Origin: a candidate division WOR-3 bacterium
GTDB taxonomy: Bacteria > Hydrothermota > Tepidihabitantia > Tepidihabitantales > Tepidihabitantaceae
Direction of reading: 5' to 3'
DNA length: 20,726 nt
NCBI GenBank assembly: GCA_965648935.1
Contig: CBFGIY010000040.1
Coordinates: forward strand, 169 to 20,894
In this document: piece by piece, positions 16,739 to 20,726 of the stretch
How positions within the stretch are numbered: position 1 is the stretch's first letter
Layout of the letters: each line of letters begins with the position of its first letter
The notes under the pieces: generated by a model
The model's database searches: none
What the model was told of the DNA's origin: nothing
The model's input: only the letters and a program-made list of their open reading frames with translations
Translations under genes and position numbers: made by a program

Positions 16739-19700
16739 ATGGCAAGACTCAGTGTGCTATGCGCGCTGCTGCTGCTGGTCGGCGTCCTGCCGGCACAGAG
16801 CTGGCAGAACGGCCCGACCCAGCCCTTTGAATTCCGGTTCACCCGGTTCGACGGCGAGTACTTCCCGCTCAACTACCCGGGCGGCGACACGGGGATGGTC
16901 TACTTCCTCGGCGGTCGCCTCTCGACCGCGGCGACCGATTCCAGCGTCTGGCGGTTCAACCCGCGCACCGGCGCTTACACCGATATGCTCGTCGACATGC
17001 CGGTCGCGGTATCGAACTACGACATCTGCCTGCTGCGCGACAACTACAATCTCGCCGCAGGCGACACATACGGGCTGTACATCGTCGGCGGCCGCGGCTC
17101 CACCGGCATCAACTCGACCGCGGTTCAGGTCTACTACCCGCGTTCCAACACCGTGCGCGTGGTCACGACCGACCCTTTCCCGGGCCGCGACGATTCCAGC
17201 CGCGTCTACTCGGCGTTCAACTGCGTTGCGGTCGACAACAAGCTCTACTTGACCGGCGGCGCTTACCTGAGCGGCATACCTTACTCGGTCGTCGGCCAGA
17301 CCTGGGTCTATGACCCGATGGCCGCAGCCGGGTCGCGCTGGACCCGCATCACGACCGCCGACCTGCCCGTGCCCCGCGCCTACATCAACCTCTGCGCGGT
17401 CGATAACTACATCTACGCGATGGGCGGCGACACCGTGAACCAGGGGACTTACCCGCTCAACGCGGTCACGGCGTGTCACCGGTTCAACACTCTGACTCCG
17501 GCTGCGGGCTGGACCGCGGTCGCGCCGCTGCCGCGCGTGTGCGGTGAGGCCCGGGCGTTCGGGTTCGGCGCTTCGACTCCCTACGTCTTCCAGAACAAGG
17601 TCATCGTGGCGGGCGGCGACTCGTGGCCGGCCGACACGAACCTCTGCCACATATACGACGTGACCAGCAACACATGGGCCAGTTTCCCGCCGCTTGACAC
17701 GGCCCGGCGTAACCACGCCGGCGTACTAGTGCCCGGCACGCCGGGCCAGCCCGGTATACCGGGGTTGTGGGTGTTCGGCGGGCGGCACCTGTCGGACGCC
17801 AACGTCATCGGCGTTCCCGAGCGGTACAATATCGGCGTCATCCCGGACGTCGGCTGTTCGCGGGTGCTCGCGCCGACCGGCACGGTCGGAATCGGGACCG
17901 CAGTCACGCCCGCCTGCTCGGTGTACAACTACGGCAACACGACGCCGTCGTCGTACAACGTCCGGATGACGATTGGGACGGTCTACAACCACGTGGTGCC
18001 GGTGACCGGCCACGCGCCCGGCACCCGGCAGTATGTCACGTTCCCGGACTGGACCGCAAGCAGCGCCGGCGTATTCCCGATCGTCTGCTGCACCGAGCTG
18101 TCCGGCGACCTGAACCCGGGCAACGACGGTGATTACGACACGGTTCGGGTCATCGGCGGCGATGTCGGTGTCGATGCGGTGCTTGCCCCGGTCGGGCTGA
18201 TCACGCCGGGCGCCAGCGTCACGCCGCGCGCCCGCATCCGCAATCACACTGGCGAGAACGCGGTCTGCGCCGCGTGGTTCACTATCCGCGACGCGGCCAG
18301 CGTTGAGGTCTACCGCGAGTCGATCACCGGCATCAGCGTCAACGGCAACGGCACGACCAACCGGGACTTCCCGGCCTGGACCGCGAACCCGCCGGGCAGC
18401 TACACCGCGGTCGCGTGGACCGTGCTTGCCGGCGACGCGAACCCGGCCAACGATACCGCGTCCGTCGCGTTCAACGTCAACGTGGTTACTGCCGGCGCCT
18501 GGACCGAGCTGACCCCGGTGCCGCTCACGCCGTCGGGCAAGGCGGTCAAGGACGGCGGCTGGCTGGTCGAGATGGGCGACCGCTTCTTCGTGCTCAAGGG
18601 CAACAAGACCGGCGATTTCCACTCCTGCGATGTCGAGAGCCTGGTCTGGCACGACCTGCCCGGCATCCCGCTCGGCGCCGAGGCCAAGGCCCCGGGCAAG
18701 GGTTCGTCCGGCTGCGCCGGCGACGGCGACTACATCTACACGACCAAGGGCAACAACACGCTCGGGTTCTGGCGCTACGACATCAGCGCCCAGACCTGGG
18801 AGCAGCTGCCCGACGTCCCGGTCGGCCTGAGCAACAAGAAGGTCAAGGGCGGCACCGACCTGCAGTATGTCCGCGGCCGCGGCGGCGACTCGAATTACGT
18901 CTACCTGCTCAAGGGCTACAAGACCGAGTTCTACCGCTTCAACACCCAGAGCCTGCACTGGGACGACGCCCTGCCCGACGCGCCGGCCGGGGCCAAGGCG
19001 AAGTGGGACAAGGGCTCGTGGCTGACGATGCGCCGCTTCGGCAACGACAGCGCGCTCATCTACGCCCACAAGGCGAAGTATCACGAGATGTTCACCTTCA
19101 ACACCGCCACCCGGACATGGTCAACGACCAGTCTTGCCGGGATGCCGTTCTCTTCGCTCAAGACCGGCAAGAGCAAGAAGAGCAAGGACGGCGCGTCCGG
19201 CGTGTACTACGATGACGCAATCTGGGCGCTCAAGGGCGGCAACACCGCCGAGTTCTGGTACTACGACGTTCTCGGCGATTCCTGGCTCGAGCTTGATACG
19301 ATGCCTCAGGTCGGCTCGACCGCCAAGAAGAAGCGCGTGAAAGGCGGCGGCGACCTGATCGTTTTCGACCGGCGCTTCTATGCGCTCAAGGGCAACAAGA
19401 CCGGCGAGTTCTGGATGTACACGCCGGGCGCGACCGTGGCGAGCCAGCCGGCCCGCGAAGGCGTGATGGCGGGCGTGACCGCGGTGCCTGCCGGGATGGC
19501 GCTGGGGCCGAATCCGCTGCTGACCGGCACGGCGACACTGCGCTACAGCCTGCCCGCCTCCGGGCCGGCGATGGTGCGGGTGTACGACATTACAGGCCGA
19601 ACCGTACAGAGTCAGGGCTTTGTTGCCGGCCGGACCGGCATGCTCAACCTTGACCTGCGTGAGCTGTCGGCGGGAGTGTACCTGGTCAAGCTGACTTCGG

Positions 19701-19741
19701 CCGGCTTTGCGGCCGAACAGAAGCTCGTGATCGAGCGTTAG
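16739..19741 (+). CDS. Secreted Kelch-repeat protein with two CARDB/Ig-like domains, Lys-rich propeller and T9SS type A CTD
   Basis: Start moved to ATG 16739 (GGGAGG at 16727-16732; signal peptide MARLSVL...LPA). Six Kelch GG motifs: VYFLGG, LYIVGG, LYLTGG, IYAMGG, VIVAGG, LWVFGG. Ends KLVIER. Confidence 0.9.
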   Translation: MARLSVLCALLLLVGVLPAQSWQNGPTQPFEFRFTRFDGEYFPLNYPGGDTGMVYFLGGRLSTAATDSSVWRFNPRTGAYTDMLVDMPVAVSNYDICLLRDNYNLAAGDTYGLYIVGGRGSTGINSTAVQVYYPRSNTVRVVTTDPFPGRDDSSRVYSAFNCVAVDNKLYLTGGAYLSGIPYSVVGQTWVYDPMAAAGSRWTRITTADLPVPRAYINLCAVDNYIYAMGGDTVNQGTYPLNAVTACHRFNTLTPAAGWTAVAPLPRVCGEARAFGFGASTPYVFQNKVIVAGGDSWPADTNLCHIYDVTSNTWASFPPLDTARRNHAGVLVPGTPGQPGIPGLWVFGGRHLSDANVIGVPERYNIGVIPDVGCSRVLAPTGTVGIGTAVTPACSVYNYGNTTPSSYNVRMTIGTVYNHVVPVTGHAPGTRQYVTFPDWTASSAGVFPIVCCTELSGDLNPGNDGDYDTVRVIGGDVGVDAVLAPVGLITPGASVTPRARIRNHTGENAVCAAWFTIRDAASVEVYRESITGISVNGNGTTNRDFPAWTANPPGSYTAVAWTVLAGDANPANDTASVAFNVNVVTAGAWTELTPVPLTPSGKAVKDGGWLVEMGDRFFVLKGNKTGDFHSCDVESLVWHDLPGIPLGAEAKAPGKGSSGCAGDGDYIYTTKGNNTLGFWRYDISAQTWEQLPDVPVGLSNKKVKGGTDLQYVRGRGGDSNYVYLLKGYKTEFYRFNTQSLHWDDALPDAPAGAKAKWDKGSWLTMRRFGNDSALIYAHKAKYHEMFTFNTATRTWSTTSLAGMPFSSLKTGKSKKSKDGASGVYYDDAIWALKGGNTAEFWYYDVLGDSWLELDTMPQVGSTAKKKRVKGGGDLIVFDRRFYALKGNKTGEFWMYTPGATVASQPAREGVMAGVTAVPAGMALGPNPLLTGTATLRYSLPASGPAMVRVYDITGRTVQSQGFVAGRTGMLNLDLRELSAGVYLVKLTSAGFAAEQKLVIER

Positions 19742-19758
19742 CTCAAGCATCACATCCT

Positions 19759-19793
19759 GCGAGGGGCGGCCAATGGCCGCCCCTCGCGTCTTT
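19759..19793 (+). terminator. GC-rich hairpin, probable terminator (shared family)
   Basis: GCGAGGGGCGGCCA-A-TGGCCGCCCCTCGC (19759-19787) followed by GTCTTT, 17 nt after the stop. Confidence 0.7.
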
Positions 19794-19828
19794 CCTACCG
19801 CCGTCTCAATAACTACTCGATAACACAG

Positions 19829-19920
19829 TGTCTCATTGAAAGAGACAAAACGTAAGCCGCTGTAATTATTGGTTTTATGCACGAGATTCTTCAATGTCTC
19901 GTGTCTCACAAGATGAGACA
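19829..19920. promoter_or_regulatory. Two palindromic operator/enhancer boxes TGTCTC-N7-GAGACA
   Basis: 19829-19847 TGTCTCATTGAAAGAGACA and 19902-19920 TGTCTCACAAGATGAGACA, in an AT-rich stretch. Confidence 0.7.
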
Positions 19921-19951
19921 GTGTATGGGGGTCATTGCTGGCCACAACTTC

Positions 19952-19964
19952 TAACATATTGAAA
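19952..19964 (-). promoter_or_regulatory. IHF-like binding site
   Basis: Minus strand TTTCAATATGTTA, one mismatch to WATCAANNNNTTR, located between the boxes and the sigma54 site. Confidence 0.5.
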
Positions 19965-19992
19965 TTGCGTATGATGTCGATTTCCGCGTGGC

Positions 19993-20008
19993 TGGCACGG
20001 ATGGTGCA
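19993..20008 (+). promoter_or_regulatory. Sigma54 (RpoN) -24/-12 promoter
   Basis: TGGCACGGATGGTGCA. GG (19994-95) and GC (20006-07) are exactly 10 nt apart, with one mismatch to TGGCACGNNNNTTGCW. Confidence 0.75.
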
Positions 20009-20067
20009 ATGTCAAGGGTATGGTTACTGAAAGGACCGCAGGCAAACTTGAAAATCAGGAGGATACG

Positions 20068-20286
20068 ATGGGCTCCAAACTGGTCACTGTAGCGCTCGGG
20101 CTGGTGGGTTGTGCGATGCTGGCTGGCGGCGTGATGCTGCTCAATGTCAAGAAGCCTGATGTGCCTCGCTCGCAGTACCGGGTTCGGCTCGACGACGCCG
20201 CGAAGAACTACCGGAACTGCAAGGGCTCGGCAGAACGGCTGCTCCAGATCGACAATGTGTACCTGACAGGACAGAAGGGCGGGTAA
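20068..20286 (+). CDS. Small (72 aa) hypothetical protein with an N-terminal membrane anchor
   Basis: AGGAGG at 20057-20062 before ATG 20068. Hydrophobic segment LVTVALGLVGCAMLAGGVMLL followed by a polar tail. Lies downstream of the sigma54 promoter. Confidence 0.7.
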   Translation: MGSKLVTVALGLVGCAMLAGGVMLLNVKKPDVPRSQYRVRLDDAAKNYRNCKGSAERLLQIDNVYLTGQKGG

Positions 20287-20324
20287 GCCAGGCCCGTCCA
20301 TCACACACTGCATCTCTGCCTCCT

Positions 20325-20349
20325 GCGGGCCGGCCTCCTGCCGGCCCGC
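20325..20349. terminator. 10-bp GC hairpin, possible bidirectional terminator or 3' stabiliser
   Basis: GCGGGCCGGC-CTCCT-GCCGGCCCGC with no clear U-tract. Confidence 0.4.
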
Positions 20350-20379
20350 TGCCTTCTGCCGCACGGCGCGGCGAGGTCA

Positions 20380-20660
20380 GGACAACTTTCGTGCGGCACT
20401 GAGCGTCAGCCGCGGACTGCAGGCCGGCAGCTTGGCGGTTGTCATACACTTGCCGGCGCGGGCGGAGTCGGAATCGCGGAGACGGGCCTTCATTTGGCGG
20501 TCCAGGGGACCATCCCCCGGGCGGCCCTGCTTTGTCTGCAGACGGTGTTCGGATCTTCTCCGTCGCCTGTCACGAATCAGTCCGGCGCATCGCGGCGTCG
20601 CCCGTGCCGCAAGCGGGTCTTCCTAGGCACATAGTGACCCACCTGGTGTGTGGGTTGTCC
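20380..20660 (-). ncRNA. Candidate ~280-nt structured non-coding RNA, family not recognised
   Basis: Nested long-range stems with paired termini, and an upstream minus-strand promoter-like motif (see findings). Confidence 0.45.
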
Positions 20661-20665
20661 GACTG

Positions 20666-20695
20666 ATGCTAACTGCTCTGCCAGTATGGCGTCAA
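20666..20695 (-). promoter_or_regulatory. Possible sigma70 promoter for the candidate ncRNA
   Basis: Minus strand TTGACG (20695-20690), 18-nt spacer, TAGCAT (20671-20666). The predicted start near 20660 coincides with the terminal stem. Confidence 0.4.
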
Positions 20696-20726
20696 GATCG
20701 AGCGCCGGCAGCAACAGGACCCGGGA

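Noticed and set aside
4684..19741. Near-identical paralog segments and AAC-rich coding as a diversity-generating retroelement
   Set aside because: There is no reverse transcriptase or non-coding template repeat, and the differences are not confined to adenines. AAC richness reflects Asn codons in the beta-helix.
20577..20726. Open minus-strand frame entering from the window edge (SRVLLLPALDLDAILAEQLA...DAPD*)
   Set aside because: Only 49 codons are visible with no recognisable homology, and it overlaps the candidate promoter and RNA. It cannot be excluded without flanking sequence.

Overview
GC-rich bacterial chromosomal segment with all convincing genes on the + strand. It starts with alanine racemase (alr) coupled to a DUF1844 gene. 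A ~17.6 kb cluster of five large exported proteins follows. Four are modular type IX secretion (T9SS/Por)-type cargo proteins. Each has a different N-terminal head (S8 subtilase; three tandem beta-helix units; a duplicated unknown beta-sandwich; a Kelch propeller) joined through CARDB/Ig-like spacers to a shared ~300-aa Lys-rich beta-propeller and a T9SS type A C-terminal domain (CTD). The fifth is an Ig plus beta-helix lipoprotein. From recollection this architecture resembles FCB-associated lineages such as candidate division WOR-3 (inference only). The intergenic regions hold CGTC-type REP-like repeats, one hairpin family repeated after four genes, and sigma70-like promoters. The most notable signals are: (1) patchwork sequence sharing and a relic in-frame gene end (VVIER*), pointing to swapping of the shared C-terminal module; (2) a sigma54 promoter with two TGTCTC-N7-GAGACA boxes and an IHF-like site driving a 72-aa membrane protein; (3) a candidate ~280-nt nested-stem ncRNA on the minus strand at 20380-20660; (4) a structured 5' leader before the subtilase.
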